Source: Spirochaetota bacterium (GTDB lineage Bacteria; Spirochaetota; UBA4802; UBA5550). From it: a stretch of DNA of 64,000 bases. This document shows positions 17,810 through 27,430 of the stretch, one piece after another. The notes under the pieces were generated by a model that saw only the letters and a program-made list of their open reading frames with translations, was not told the origin of the DNA and made no database searches. The stretch is taken from contig JAFGBT010000004.1 of NCBI GenBank assembly GCA_016933025.1, forward strand, positions 1,598-65,597, written 5' to 3'. The position numbers and the translations under genes are program-made. Positions within the stretch are counted from its first letter, which is position 1, and every line of letters starts with the position of its first letter.

Positions 17810-19030
17810 ATGTTTGCGGAATACACGGAAAAACAGCTTGCGTTCAAAGATACGATAACGGCCTTCGTTGAATCCGAGATACGGCCGCTTAACGACGCGT
17901 ACGACCTCACCCTTCCGTTCACCGCCGCTGACATCAGGAAGATCTGGCAGAAGATGATCCCCGTCTTCCTGAACCCGAAGGACGGCGAAGCGATCATAGA
18001 CATGAAAGATATCCAGAACGCGAGCCACTCGGGCGAGGGGCTCCTGGGCGGGCTTCCCATCGACACCATCCTCCTCGGCATCGCCATCGAGGAAATTGCC
18101 CGGGTGAATCCATCGTTGATGTGCTCGATCATGATATCCCTCGCGCCCGCCGGAACCATACTGGTCTCGCGCAACGATGAGATGAAAAAAAAGTACCTGC
18201 TACCGGTACTGACCGGACAGAAAATCGGGTGCGCCGCTATAACCGAGCCCGGTTTCGGGTCGCATTCCGCGGGCTTCCGGACGACCGCCGTTTTGAAGGG
18301 CGACCACTGGCTCGTAAATGGAACAAAGACATGGATATCAAACGGAGATATATCGGAGCTCTGTGTTCTCATCTGCTCATGCGACGAAGGAACGGGCGAG
18401 CCTTACACCGCGCAGCTGCTGGTGGACAGGGATGTCTCACCCTACCGGAGCAGGAGCCTCCCGCACATGGGTCTCAAGCAGTTCCCCGCCGGCGAACTCG
18501 TGTTCGAGCAGGTGAAGGTCCCGGCGGGCAATAAAATATCCGGCTCAAAAGAAAAAAAGGGGGATGGCCTCAAGAAGACCCTGCAGGCGTTCGAGATTTC
18601 AAGGAGCTGCATGGCGCTCTGCTCCGTCGGTATCGCGCAGGCGGCGATCGACGCGTCGGTGGCGTACGTGAAGGAGCGCCGCCAGTTCGGGAAACTGCTC
18701 GGGGAATTCCAGATGATCCAGGAAATGCTGAGCGACATGGCCACCGAGACCGAGGCGGCCCGGATGCTGGCGTATCGAGCCCTGAGCCTGATCCAGGCGG
18801 GGAAAAGGGCGGAAGCCGCCGCTGCTATGGCCAAACAGTATGCCACGGAGATGGCGGTGCGGGTCACCTCAAAGGCCGTGCAGATTCACGGCAAGGCCGG
18901 TCTGTCAGAGGATTTCCCTATCGAGAGGATGTTCAGGGACGCGCGCATGCTGACGATACCCGACGGAACAACGCAGATGCAGAAGCTTATCCTGGGCCGG
19001 GCCTTGACCGGACTCTCGGCATTTTCATAA
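17810..19030 (+). CDS. Acyl-CoA dehydrogenase
   Basis: AITEPGFGS, NGTKTWISNG, RRQFGK.LGEFQMIQ, QIHGKAG, FRDARMLTIPDGTTQMQ. Confidence 0.92.
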   Translation: MFAEYTEKQLAFKDTITAFVESEIRPLNDAYDLTLPFTAADIRKIWQKMIPVFLNPKDGEAIIDMKDIQNASHSGEGLLGGLPIDTILLGIAIEEIARVNPSLMCSIMISLAPAGTILVSRNDEMKKKYLLPVLTGQKIGCAAITEPGFGSHSAGFRTTAVLKGDHWLVNGTKTWISNGDISELCVLICSCDEGTGEPYTAQLLVDRDVSPYRSRSLPHMGLKQFPAGELVFEQVKVPAGNKISGSKEKKGDGLKKTLQAFEISRSCMALCSVGIAQAAIDASVAYVKERRQFGKLLGEFQMIQEMLSDMATETEAARMLAYRALSLIQAGKRAEAAAAMAKQYATEMAVRVTSKAVQIHGKAGLSEDFPIERMFRDARMLTIPDGTTQMQKLILGRALTGLSAFS

Positions 19031-19040
19031 AGAGGCGGAC

Positions 19041-19895
19041 GTGGAATACCGTTATCTGGAAGCGACATGCGCCGACGACGTCGGCATCATTACCATCCGG
19101 AGGCCTCCGGCCAACGCGTTGAGCTACGGCCTGGTTATGGAGTTGAAGGACCTTGTCACGAAAATCAGAACGGACGCCGGGATACGCAGCGTCATCTTTC
19201 GAAGCGGGGTCGATAAATTTTTTTCCTCCGGGGCGGACCTGACCGACCTGCCCCCCGATGTCATTGCAAAGCTGGCGGACATCCCCGCCGCCGGGGGGCT
19301 GAAGCAGCTTATTAAAAATGCGATTCCGTCCGTATCCTCGAGGATAGCCGAGATATTCAGGGAAGTGCATGAGGTGTTCGGCATGATTGAATCCATGCCC
19401 AAGCCGACAATCGCGGTCATTAACGGCCATGCCCTCGGAGGAGGACTTGAGCTTGCGATGGCGTGCGATTTCAGGTTCATGGGCCGCGGCTCCGGCACGG
19501 TGGGCATGCCGGAAATCACCCTCGGACTCATACCGCTCGGCGGGGGCACCCAGAGGCTTCCCCGCCTTGTCGGAAGGAACAGGGCCGTCGAGCTGCTCCT
19601 GAGCGGTTCTAAGATCGGGGCGGACGAGGCCCTTTCAATCGGACTGGCCACCAGGGTCTGCGACAAAGAGAAGATCGACGAAGAGGCGCTCGGCTACGCA
19701 AAGAAGCTGGCAAACGGCCCGACCGTCTCCATCGGCCTGATAAAATACTGCGTGAACAACGGCCTGAACGGACCACTGCGCGATGGATTGAAAATCGAAC
19801 GGGACTCTTTTCAGGACCTTCTCAAGACCGAGGATATGATCGAAGGCATTCTCTCTTTCGTGGAGAAGCGCGAACCGCATTTTATCGGCAAATAG
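19041..19895 (+). CDS. Enoyl-CoA hydratase/isomerase family protein
   Basis: FSSGADL, NGHALGGGLELAMACD, GMPEITLGLIPLGGGTQRLPRLVG; GTG start with GAGG RBS. Confidence 0.92.
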   Translation: MEYRYLEATCADDVGIITIRRPPANALSYGLVMELKDLVTKIRTDAGIRSVIFRSGVDKFFSSGADLTDLPPDVIAKLADIPAAGGLKQLIKNAIPSVSSRIAEIFREVHEVFGMIESMPKPTIAVINGHALGGGLELAMACDFRFMGRGSGTVGMPEITLGLIPLGGGTQRLPRLVGRNRAVELLLSGSKIGADEALSIGLATRVCDKEKIDEEALGYAKKLANGPTVSIGLIKYCVNNGLNGPLRDGLKIERDSFQDLLKTEDMIEGILSFVEKREPHFIGK

Positions 19896-19958
19896 CCGGA
19901 TCGGCATGTTATAGAGAATGGACTCAAAATCAAATTCATCGCACGGTGGGAAAATACG

Positions 19959-21143
19959 ATGAACGGACAAACCGAAGCCGGCGTCATCACCGACCCGTTA
20001 AGCGGCATAACAATACTTGACCTTTCAACGCAGGTCCCGGGCCCCTACTGCTCGATGCTCCTCGGAGATCTTGGCGCGGACGTAATAAAAATAGAACAGC
20101 CCGGCATCGGCGATTCCGCCCGCCTGCTCCCGTTTCTGTTCAACGGCATCAACAGAAACAAGAAAAGCATGGTGCTTGACCTCAAGTCCCCGGAGGGGAA
20201 AAAAATTTTCAGAGAGCTTGCCGCGCGCGCTGACGTGGTGCTTGAGGGATTCCGCCCGGGAGTGACGGAGAACCTCGGCATCGACTACGAGGCCCTTCAA
20301 AACCTCAATCCCGGAATCATATACTGCTCCATCACCGGATACGGGCAGAACGGCCCGTACCGGGAAAACTCCGGCCATGACGTGAACTATCTCGGTATTT
20401 CCGGGCTTCTGAGCCTGGCCGGCGAATCCGCGAACTCCTGCAGAATTCCGGAACTTCCCGTCGCGGACCTCGCGGGAAGCATGTTCGCGGCGCTATCCAT
20501 CCTCTCCGCCCTGATCCAGCGGGAAAAGACGGCCGCGGGCCAGTATATTGATGTTTCCATGACGGCAGCTGTTTTTTCCTGGCTGAGCGCCTCGCTGGGA
20601 GCCGGGCTTAATAACGCAAACGCGGGACCGCCCGTCTTTCTTCCTCACTACGGCGTCTTCAAAACAAAAGACGGCAGGTCCCTGACCCTCGGCATCGTGC
20701 ATGAGGAGCACTTCTGGAAAAACCTCTGCACGGTGATCAACCTCGGAGACATGTCGCAATTGAAACTGCTCGACAGGATCGTCAAGCGCGAAGAACTGCA
20801 TGCAGCGCTACAATCCGCATTCCTTTTAAAAAACAGGGACGAATGGATCGCCCTTTTAAGCGAGGCCGATGTGCCGTGCGGTCCCGTTTTATCAGTCAAC
20901 GAAAGCTGGGACGACCCGCAGATCAGGCACAGGGACCTGGTCTTCGACATGAACCATGCGGTTCATGGAAAAATCAGGCAGCGGGGCTTCCCTGCGCTCT
21001 TCTCCGGCATTCGCCTGAGAAGAGATCTTTCCCCTCCCTCCCTGGGAGAGCACAGCGATGCAATACTGGCGGACCTCGGCTATTCACGGGAACAGATACA
21101 GGACTTGCTGAATAAGGGGGTTATCTCCTCGCGAATAAAATGA
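19959..21143 (+). CDS. CaiB/BaiF family (class III) CoA-transferase
   Basis: LDLSTQVPGPYC, LGADVIKIE, NRNKKS, EGFRPGV, GHDVNY. Confidence 0.93.
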   Translation: MNGQTEAGVITDPLSGITILDLSTQVPGPYCSMLLGDLGADVIKIEQPGIGDSARLLPFLFNGINRNKKSMVLDLKSPEGKKIFRELAARADVVLEGFRPGVTENLGIDYEALQNLNPGIIYCSITGYGQNGPYRENSGHDVNYLGISGLLSLAGESANSCRIPELPVADLAGSMFAALSILSALIQREKTAAGQYIDVSMTAAVFSWLSASLGAGLNNANAGPPVFLPHYGVFKTKDGRSLTLGIVHEEHFWKNLCTVINLGDMSQLKLLDRIVKREELHAALQSAFLLKNRDEWIALLSEADVPCGPVLSVNESWDDPQIRHRDLVFDMNHAVHGKIRQRGFPALFSGIRLRRDLSPPSLGEHSDAILADLGYSREQIQDLLNKGVISSRIK

Positions 21144-21146
21144 ACA

Positions 21147-21301
21147 CCTGTTTACCGATAACTATCGGCAAACAGGCCGCCCTGCCCCCTTTAAACCGAC
21201 AACTATCCCTTATCGGTTACTCTGACCCCGCTGGTTTACTCTTACACCACGCAATCATGAAAAAATCTTGCATTATAACCGGTTCTTACCGATTGTTATC
21301 C
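21147..21301. repeat. Second cluster of the GATAGTTATC repeat family, including a long hairpin just after the CoA-transferase stop
   Basis: CCTGTTT-A-CCGATA-AC-TATCGG-C-AAACAGG (21147-21176); reverse-strand GGGTCAGAGTAACCG also present at 4441-4455; CGATTGTTATC at 21290. Confidence 0.7.
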
Positions 21302-21302
21302 G

Positions 21303-22016
21303 ATGAAATTCCGTGTTATTCTCTATCAAAAACCCCTCGGGATACCCGTAACCAGGCAGGATGTCGACGAGATGCGGCGCTTCAAGCCGCACTTTGTCTG
21401 CTTCCCTGAATATTTTTTCGTGAACACCAATTTGGGAACGCGGGCACAGACCCCGCACAACCAGGCCCGCCAGCTGCAGCGCATCGCGGCGCTGTCGCGC
21501 GGGCTCTCAAGCGTCGTCATCGGCGGTTCAATGCCTGAACTGGCGGACGGGCTCCTCTACAATACCTGCTTTGTCTTTCAGGAGGGAAGGCTGCTGGGAA
21601 GCTACCGAAAAAAGCGGCTTTTCGCCCCGGAAGTGGGCGCAATAACGCCGGGAGATTCCTACCGGGTCTTCAGCGCCCACGGCATAACCTTCGGCGTGAT
21701 GATCTGCGCGGATATTTTCGAGGATGACGGCTTTCGCTTCATGCGGGAAAACGGCGCGCGAATTATTTTCTCGCCCACATTCTCACCCCGGAAACAGGAG
21801 ACCGTCGAGGACAAGTACCGGCGGGACAACGAGATCTACGTGCGGGGCGCGGAGATGTCGGGAGCGGTTATCGTAAAAGTGTGCGGGGTGAAGTCGGAGT
21901 TCCGCGATTTTTTACAGGCGAGAAGCCTTATCGCGGACAAAAAGGGCGTTGTCTTCCGCGCCCGCCCCGAGGAGGAGGAGACGCCGATGATAATCATGCG
22001 GGAGATAGTCGCCTGA
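21303..22016 (+). CDS. Carbon-nitrogen hydrolase (nitrilase superfamily)
   Basis: Glu-Lys-Cys triad: CFPEYF, YRKKRLF, MICADIF. Confidence 0.88.
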   Translation: MKFRVILYQKPLGIPVTRQDVDEMRRFKPHFVCFPEYFFVNTNLGTRAQTPHNQARQLQRIAALSRGLSSVVIGGSMPELADGLLYNTCFVFQEGRLLGSYRKKRLFAPEVGAITPGDSYRVFSAHGITFGVMICADIFEDDGFRFMRENGARIIFSPTFSPRKQETVEDKYRRDNEIYVRGAEMSGAVIVKVCGVKSEFRDFLQARSLIADKKGVVFRARPEEEETPMIIMREIVA

Positions 22017-23253
22017 CATCCGCCATCACGCCGGCGAGGAGCTCTTCCAACCGCTCGAATGAAAAATGCCTCCGGGCCGTTTCGTAATTCCGATCAGCCA
22101 TCCGTTTCCTGACCGCCTCGTCCCCGAGCATCTTCCTGGCCTCACGCACGGTAGCGCCGGTGATAAATCCGTCTATCAGACAGAGATCGAATCCGAGCGG
22201 CTCGATGTCGGATATGAACACCGGATACCGGTTCATCATCAACGGCTTCCCATAGTACACTGCCTCGAGGAAAGCGTTGCCGAACCCCTCGTACGCTGAA
22301 GGATAGGTGACCAGATCGGCCGCGCGATATACGTCGCCGATCGTGTACGGCCGTTCCCTGGACGGCGCCCGGCCCGGCGCCACGATATTATTTATCGAAA
22401 CAAGGCGTACGCCCCGCATCTCCGCATATTCAACGAGCTTGCGCTGGTACTCGTCGCCCTCGTCGCCCGACGGGTGCGATATGACGAGCTTCCGGTTGGC
22501 TCCCTCAATCTGGCTGACCAGGTCGATGGAGCGCTCGATGCACTTGCGCGGAACCACGCGCGTCGGCTGGAGAATAAAGTGCTCCCCCTCCCCCACCCCG
22601 GCCTCTTTCCTGAGGCCGGCTACAACTCCCTCCGGCCCGGCAGCCGGCGGGTTGCCGAAGTCAAAGGTGTTCGGAACAACCACGGACGGGACCCCCCGCC
22701 GGTGCGAAAGCGACGTCTGGGCCAGCGAGTTTATCACCACGTGCCTCACAGAAGGGAGGACCGCCGGAAAGGACATCTGGATGTAATCTCCCGCCGCGTT
22801 GACGATGAACCGGTCCCGCTCCCATGCGAAATCATGGTGGTGCGCTACGGTCGGGATACCGGTCTCGGCTATCAGCTCGGTCAGGGCGATGCCGAGCGGG
22901 ATGTTCATCGGTATGGAGAGGGAATTTTCCGCGATGACGCACTCGATCCCGAAATCGCGGATGAAGCGGGACAGCTCCTGTCTGAGGTGCGCGGTCATGG
23001 AATGGATGAGCCGCGTGGTCTGCTCTGTGCGGGCGCTCCTGCCGAACACGCCCCAGTTGATCGCCTCTATGTCCGGATGCCTGAAATGCGCCGCCTCTAT
23101 GATACGGGCGAGTTTCGAAGGCCGGTCGATCTCGCCGGCGCAGTAAAAGCAGTTGTACCCGAGCTTCTCCAGTGCGGCCGCCCACTTCTCGATTTCGTGG
23201 CTCACGCCGTCCGTGCCGGAAATCCGGGTCGATATGATTCCTATGTTTTTCAT
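21994..23253 (-). CDS. Glycosyltransferase family 4 (GT-B)
   Basis: GTDGVSHEIEKW, HHHDFAWER, QPTRVVPRKCIE, YPSAYEGFGNAFLEA. Confidence 0.88.
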   Translation of the reverse strand: MKNIGIISTRISGTDGVSHEIEKWAAALEKLGYNCFYCAGEIDRPSKLARIIEAAHFRHPDIEAINWGVFGRSARTEQTTRLIHSMTAHLRQELSRFIRDFGIECVIAENSLSIPMNIPLGIALTELIAETGIPTVAHHHDFAWERDRFIVNAAGDYIQMSFPAVLPSVRHVVINSLAQTSLSHRRGVPSVVVPNTFDFGNPPAAGPEGVVAGLRKEAGVGEGEHFILQPTRVVPRKCIERSIDLVSQIEGANRKLVISHPSGDEGDEYQRKLVEYAEMRGVRLVSINNIVAPGRAPSRERPYTIGDVYRAADLVTYPSAYEGFGNAFLEAVYYGKPLMMNRYPVFISDIEPLGFDLCLIDGFITGATVREARKMLGDEAVRKRMADRNYETARRHFSFERLEELLAGVMADVRRLSPA

Positions 23254-23260
23254 CAGCCGT

Positions 23261-23352
23261 GCCCCCTAAATCCCCCAGAGGGGGACTTGAAAGAAAACGC
23301 GGTCCGATAACCGCGCATTACTGATCAAAGCCCCCTCCGGAGGGTTGGGGGC
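23261..23352. repeat. About 90-bp MITE/REP-like element with G/C-run terminal inverted repeats (copy 1)
   Basis: GCCCCCTAAATCCCCCAGAGGGGGACTT (23261-23288) is 27/28 identical to 56394-56421; second hairpin AGCCCCCTCCGGAGGGTTGGGGGC. Confidence 0.7.
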
Positions 23353-23381
23353 TCGTTCCAAAAATCTATTCGCGCCTTCGC

Positions 23382-24305
23382 TTATTCGATATTACTCTTG
23401 AACTTCTTGATTTCCGGCTTGACGCTCTCAAGCTTCTCCTTCGATTCCTCCGCCTGTCTGGTAACGTTATCCTGTGACTCCGCGGCGGTCGTATCCGCGG
23501 TCTCCTTTATACGCTCGATATTCTCCTTGTCCGTGGCCTTCTGCCTTTCAACGTTCTCCCGGTCCAGCTCCTTCTGCCTGTCCACGGCGTCCCGGTTCTT
23601 CTCTCTCTGGTCCCTGACGGCCTTGCGGATCTCATGCCGTTTCTTCTCGAACCGCTGGCGGATCTCACGCTTCATTTCCCGGAAATCTTTTTTTATGTCC
23701 CTGAGGAGCTTTTTGTTCTCGGCGGACAGCTCCTCCACGGTCATTTTCCTGTCCTTCTCGACCTCCACCTGTTTGCCCTCGGGGACCTCCACGGCTTTCT
23801 GCTCCGGATCGGTGTCGTTCTTCACCTCCACCGTGCCGTTGAGCGTGGCGATGAGGCTCTTGAGCTCGTCAGAGGCCACGAGGAACTCGGTGCCGCGCAC
23901 GCCGGCGGTCGACGTCGGCGTGGCCACCTGGTAGGAATCGTCCTTCGCGAGCTTTTTCGCGACCCTCGAGAACATCTTTCCCTGCTTGAGATAGAGCCGC
24001 GTCTTCTCCGCATCGTCCTTCATGATGAGCTCGAGCTCGGCTATCTCGACCTCGCTGTTCTCCAGTATCTTGACGGCGTTCTCGTCGAAGTATATGTCGA
24101 CGAAGGACCGGGGGCCGGTCGTGATTGTCATCCCCTGTCTGACCGCGTCCCCGACACGCGCCGCCGACCTGTTTTGCCCGTCGATGATGGCGACCGTGCC
24201 CGACAGGAAATTGACGATCCCCTCCCGCTGCACCGTTGTCTCCTTTTTGCAGTACAGGCCCCCCGCGACGAGCGGTATCAGCAGCATATAAGCCAGACGT
24301 TTCAT
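23382..24305 (-). CDS. FecR-domain lipoprotein (LipL45-like) with C-terminal coiled coil
   Basis: Signal ending GGLYC; FecR motifs ITTGPRSFVDI, TPTSTAGVRGTEF, GTVEV. Confidence 0.8.
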   Translation of the reverse strand: MKRLAYMLLIPLVAGGLYCKKETTVQREGIVNFLSGTVAIIDGQNRSAARVGDAVRQGMTITTGPRSFVDIYFDENAVKILENSEVEIAELELIMKDDAEKTRLYLKQGKMFSRVAKKLAKDDSYQVATPTSTAGVRGTEFLVASDELKSLIATLNGTVEVKNDTDPEQKAVEVPEGKQVEVEKDRKMTVEELSAENKKLLRDIKKDFREMKREIRQRFEKKRHEIRKAVRDQREKNRDAVDRQKELDRENVERQKATDKENIERIKETADTTAAESQDNVTRQAEESKEKLESVKPEIKKFKSNIE

Positions 24306-24447
24306 AATCCCCTCCTGATATAAGATTAAGATTACAAGTGCATTAATAGATAGTTGCCTGACAGGAAAAAGTCAAGAATAAATAAGATGCGCAGGGCCAC
24401 CTCGAAGGCGGCCCTGATCAGCCAGAATCGCTCAATTCGGTTTAACC

Positions 24448-25899
24448 TCAGCTCCCTATGGCGCTCAGGATAAATGTTGACCCTGACGGGGACGCGGCCC
24501 CCTCCATGTCGTCGATGCGGATGTAGAAATACCCGTCTGCCGAAGAGGACCCATTAACAATGACCGTTTCATCCGTCTGCGGGCCATTCGTGGACGAGCC
24601 AAGAGGCGTACCGGTGAACGACGGATTGTCATACACGTACAGATCAATATCGCCAAAGATTTGTGTGGCTGAGATATTAAAAGTCAATGCCCTGTTGGCT
24701 ATCTGCATCCGGTAGTAGCTCGAGGAGCCATTCCCGCAGACCATGCAGTAGTGAGCGCGGCCGACGCCATAGCTCTCATCTGCGAATATCTCCACCGGGC
24801 CGGCCGCGCTTCCTTCGCTGGCGACCACCTCGATATAGAAGTTGTCGTTAGCCCCGCCACTCGAATTGTCGGCCATAAAATAAACAGCGCTGTCCGCCGC
24901 CGTGAATGGGTTGGTCGCATATTCAGTTACAAACTGATCCTGATATACGGAAAGCTGGTTGGTCACATCGATCTCTCGGAGGTTCACCGAGTATTCCCGT
25001 CCCATCTCGATGTCCGAGTAGTAGTAGTTCAGGTACCCGTTGGTCGAGGTCACGCTGGTACTGTACGGTCGCCCCACGGCAACCCACCGCGGGTTTGAAG
25101 GGGTCCCGGGAGGGGTAGGCCCCACGAGCCCTCCGTTATGGGCAAAAGTGTTTATTATAAACGTTGCCCCATGCTTTGTATGGCTGCCGTCTACAACAAA
25201 ATAATAATCTTTGCTTACAGTGCCGTCGAACATGTATTCTTCGGTTTCTGATTCTGTTAATCCGCACAGGTTCAGGCCAAAATTCGGGGCAACATATGAG
25301 GTAAAGGTGCTGTCTTCCCCATAAGAGATCAGGTCTGCATCGTCGCTCATATCATATAAAGAAACCTGATGAACGCTAAATCCCGTATAATTGGTCATGT
25401 AATAGCTCTTGCCTGTGCCGACACGCCCCACGTACGTGCCGCTGGTTTCAAGTACAATCGGGGCGCCGGGCGTCCCCTCGCTCAAATAGCCGCTAAAAAG
25501 CATCGCGACCGGGACCGAAACGGTCTGCCCTGCTCCAAGGTTCCACACCGCAGTTCCCACATACTCAACCTCACTGGTTCTGACCACCACGCGAAAGACC
25601 CTCATCAGACCGCTCGGAATATTGAGCTCAACGACGGTATTTAAGGGCGAGAAATCGCGCTCTAGTAGCGCCATCCCCGGTCCCGTGACTGTGATCTTTA
25701 TCGATGTAATGCCGGTCGGCGCCGCGGACAGCCGCATGTCGCCGCTTTTCGGCTTGCTCCCCAGGTCAATGATGACCTTCGTGGAGTCGCTCTTGAAGGG
25801 GAGGCGGCTCTCCGAGTCGGAGCAGGATGAGAGGGCTGCCGCCGCTATCAGGCAAAAAACAACTACTATATAATACGACCGCATTCTGCTTTGTTTCAT
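24448..25899 (-). CDS. Surface lipoprotein with repeated PPC-like beta-sandwich modules
   Basis: Start MKQSRM; lipobox ALSSC; modules beginning (S/P)EG(T/S)...P; GDIDLYVYD..., STNGPQTDETV, YFYIRI resemble pre-peptidase C-terminal domains. Confidence 0.6.
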   Translation of the reverse strand: MKQSRMRSYYIVVVFCLIAAAALSSCSDSESRLPFKSDSTKVIIDLGSKPKSGDMRLSAAPTGITSIKITVTGPGMALLERDFSPLNTVVELNIPSGLMRVFRVVVRTSEVEYVGTAVWNLGAGQTVSVPVAMLFSGYLSEGTPGAPIVLETSGTYVGRVGTGKSYYMTNYTGFSVHQVSLYDMSDDADLISYGEDSTFTSYVAPNFGLNLCGLTESETEEYMFDGTVSKDYYFVVDGSHTKHGATFIINTFAHNGGLVGPTPPGTPSNPRWVAVGRPYSTSVTSTNGYLNYYYSDIEMGREYSVNLREIDVTNQLSVYQDQFVTEYATNPFTAADSAVYFMADNSSGGANDNFYIEVVASEGSAAGPVEIFADESYGVGRAHYCMVCGNGSSSYYRMQIANRALTFNISATQIFGDIDLYVYDNPSFTGTPLGSSTNGPQTDETVIVNGSSSADGYFYIRIDDMEGAASPSGSTFILSAIGS

Positions 25900-26073
25900 A
25901 TTCTTTTTACCTGTCTTGTAGGATTGTACATCTTCCCGATCAGTATTAACGTACAACTCTACTGACCTCATGTCAAATATTAATTCCAGCGGGGAGACGG
26001 CCCTGCCGGCAACTCCCTCTCCCGCTGGGTTTGAATGAATTAATTCTCAGCCCGGGGCGGAAATAATAAACTA

Positions 26074-26102
26074 TTGACAAAAGGGGCGAGCGCTTTTATT
26101 AC
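26074..26102 (+). promoter_or_regulatory. Candidate sigma70 promoter of hom-thrC
   Basis: TTGACA-N17-TATTAC about 30-60 bp upstream of the hom start. Confidence 0.45.
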
Positions 26103-26134
26103 AAGAACTGGCATGTTCGCCAAGGACCATTTGC

Positions 26135-27430
26135 ATGAAGAAGATCAACATCGGCCTTATCGGCTTCGGCACCGTGGGAAGCGGGCTCTACCGGCTCATT
26201 GAGACCAACGCGGATATCATCGAGAGGAGGAGCGGCATCCGGGTCGCCGTGAAGACCATATGCGACCTGAGGACCGACCTGGTGAAGAAAAACAGCTCCG
26301 GCACCGCGGTCACCGCAGACTGGAAGGAAATCGTGAACGACGGCGGCATCGACATCGTGGCGGAACTAATCGGCGGATCCGAGCCGGCGAAGTCGATCAT
26401 CCTCGAAGCGTTGAAAAGCGGGAAAGGCGTGGTCACGGCCAACAAGAAGCTCCTCGCCGAGGACGGGACCGAGATATTCAGACTGGCCTCCTCCGGCGGG
26501 GGCCGCCTCGGGCTTGAGGCCTCGGTCGGCGGCGGCATTCCCTGCATTATGGCGCTGAGGCACGGCCTGGCGGGGAACCGCGCCCTGTCCATCATGGGCA
26601 TCCTCAACGGCACCACCAACTACATCCTCACCCGGATGCAGGAGCAGGGGATGCCCTTCGTTGAAGCGCTCAGCGACGCGCAGGCGAAAGGCTTTGCCGA
26701 GGCCGATCCCACCTTTGACATCGAGGGCTTCGACGCCGGCCACAAGATCACCCTGCTCGCCATGATCGCGTTCAACCGGAGCATCCGGTTCCGCGACGTG
26801 CCGATCGAGGGGATCTCTCACATCAGCAGCACCGATATCGATTACGCGCGCGACATGGGCTACGTCATCAAGCTCCTCGGGATCGCCAAGGAGACCGACG
26901 GCGTCATTGACATACGGGTTCACCCGACCATGATTCCGGAGGAACATCACCTGGCGTCCGTCCGAAACGAGTACAACTCCATCATGTTCGATTGCGACAT
27001 GACCGGCCCGGTGATCCTGACCGGCAGGGGGGCCGGCGCGCTCCCGACCGCGTCCGCGGTGCTCGCTGACATCCTTCAGATCTCGCTGCAGGGCGAGGCA
27101 TACCAGCCGACGCTGGTCACTAGCGGCGCGGCGGACCTCATCGAGCCGGGAAGGCGGATGTCCCGCTACTACATCCGCATGCAGACGGACGACCGACCCG
27201 GCATTCTGTCGAAGATCGCCGGCGTCCTGGGGAAGCACGATATATCGATCGCGTCCGTGATCCAGAAGGAGATACACCCGGAGCACGTGCCGCTGATATT
27301 CATGACCCACGCCGCCCGCGAGGAAGGCATGCTGAAAGCAATCCGTGAAATAAAACATTTCGACTTCGTGCACGGCGATGTCATGCTGATACGAGTCGAA
27401 GACTCACTTTCCGCCGGAGAACAGAAATGA
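26135..27430 (+). CDS. hom: Homoserine dehydrogenase with C-terminal ACT domain
   Basis: [45 protein letters not shown]; [15 protein letters not shown]. Confidence 0.96.
   Translation: MKKINIGLIGFGTVGSGLYRLIETNADIIERRSGIRVAVKTICDLRTDLVKKNSSGTAVTADWKEIVNDGGIDIVAELIGGSEPAKSIILEALKSGKGVVTANKKLLAEDGTEIFRLASSGGGRLGLEASVGGGIPCIMALRHGLAGNRALSIMGILNGTTNYILTRMQEQGMPFVEALSDAQAKGFAEADPTFDIEGFDAGHKITLLAMIAFNRSIRFRDVPIEGISHISSTDIDYARDMGYVIKLLGIAKETDGVIDIRVHPTMIPEEHHLASVRNEYNSIMFDCDMTGPVILTGRGAGALPTASAVLADILQISLQGEAYQPTLVTSGAADLIEPGRRMSRYYIRMQTDDRPGILSKIAGVLGKHDISIASVIQKEIHPEHVPLIFMTHAAREEGMLKAIREIKHFDFVHGDVMLIRVEDSLSAGEQK

Noticed and set aside
21140-21409. 89-aa ORF after the CoA-transferase
   Set aside because: Reads through the repeat cluster and overlaps the nitrilase in another frame
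25986-26030. GC hairpin upstream of hom as a T-box, riboswitch or attenuator
   Set aside because: No T-box or riboswitch consensus and no Thr-rich leader; it lies upstream of the predicted promoter
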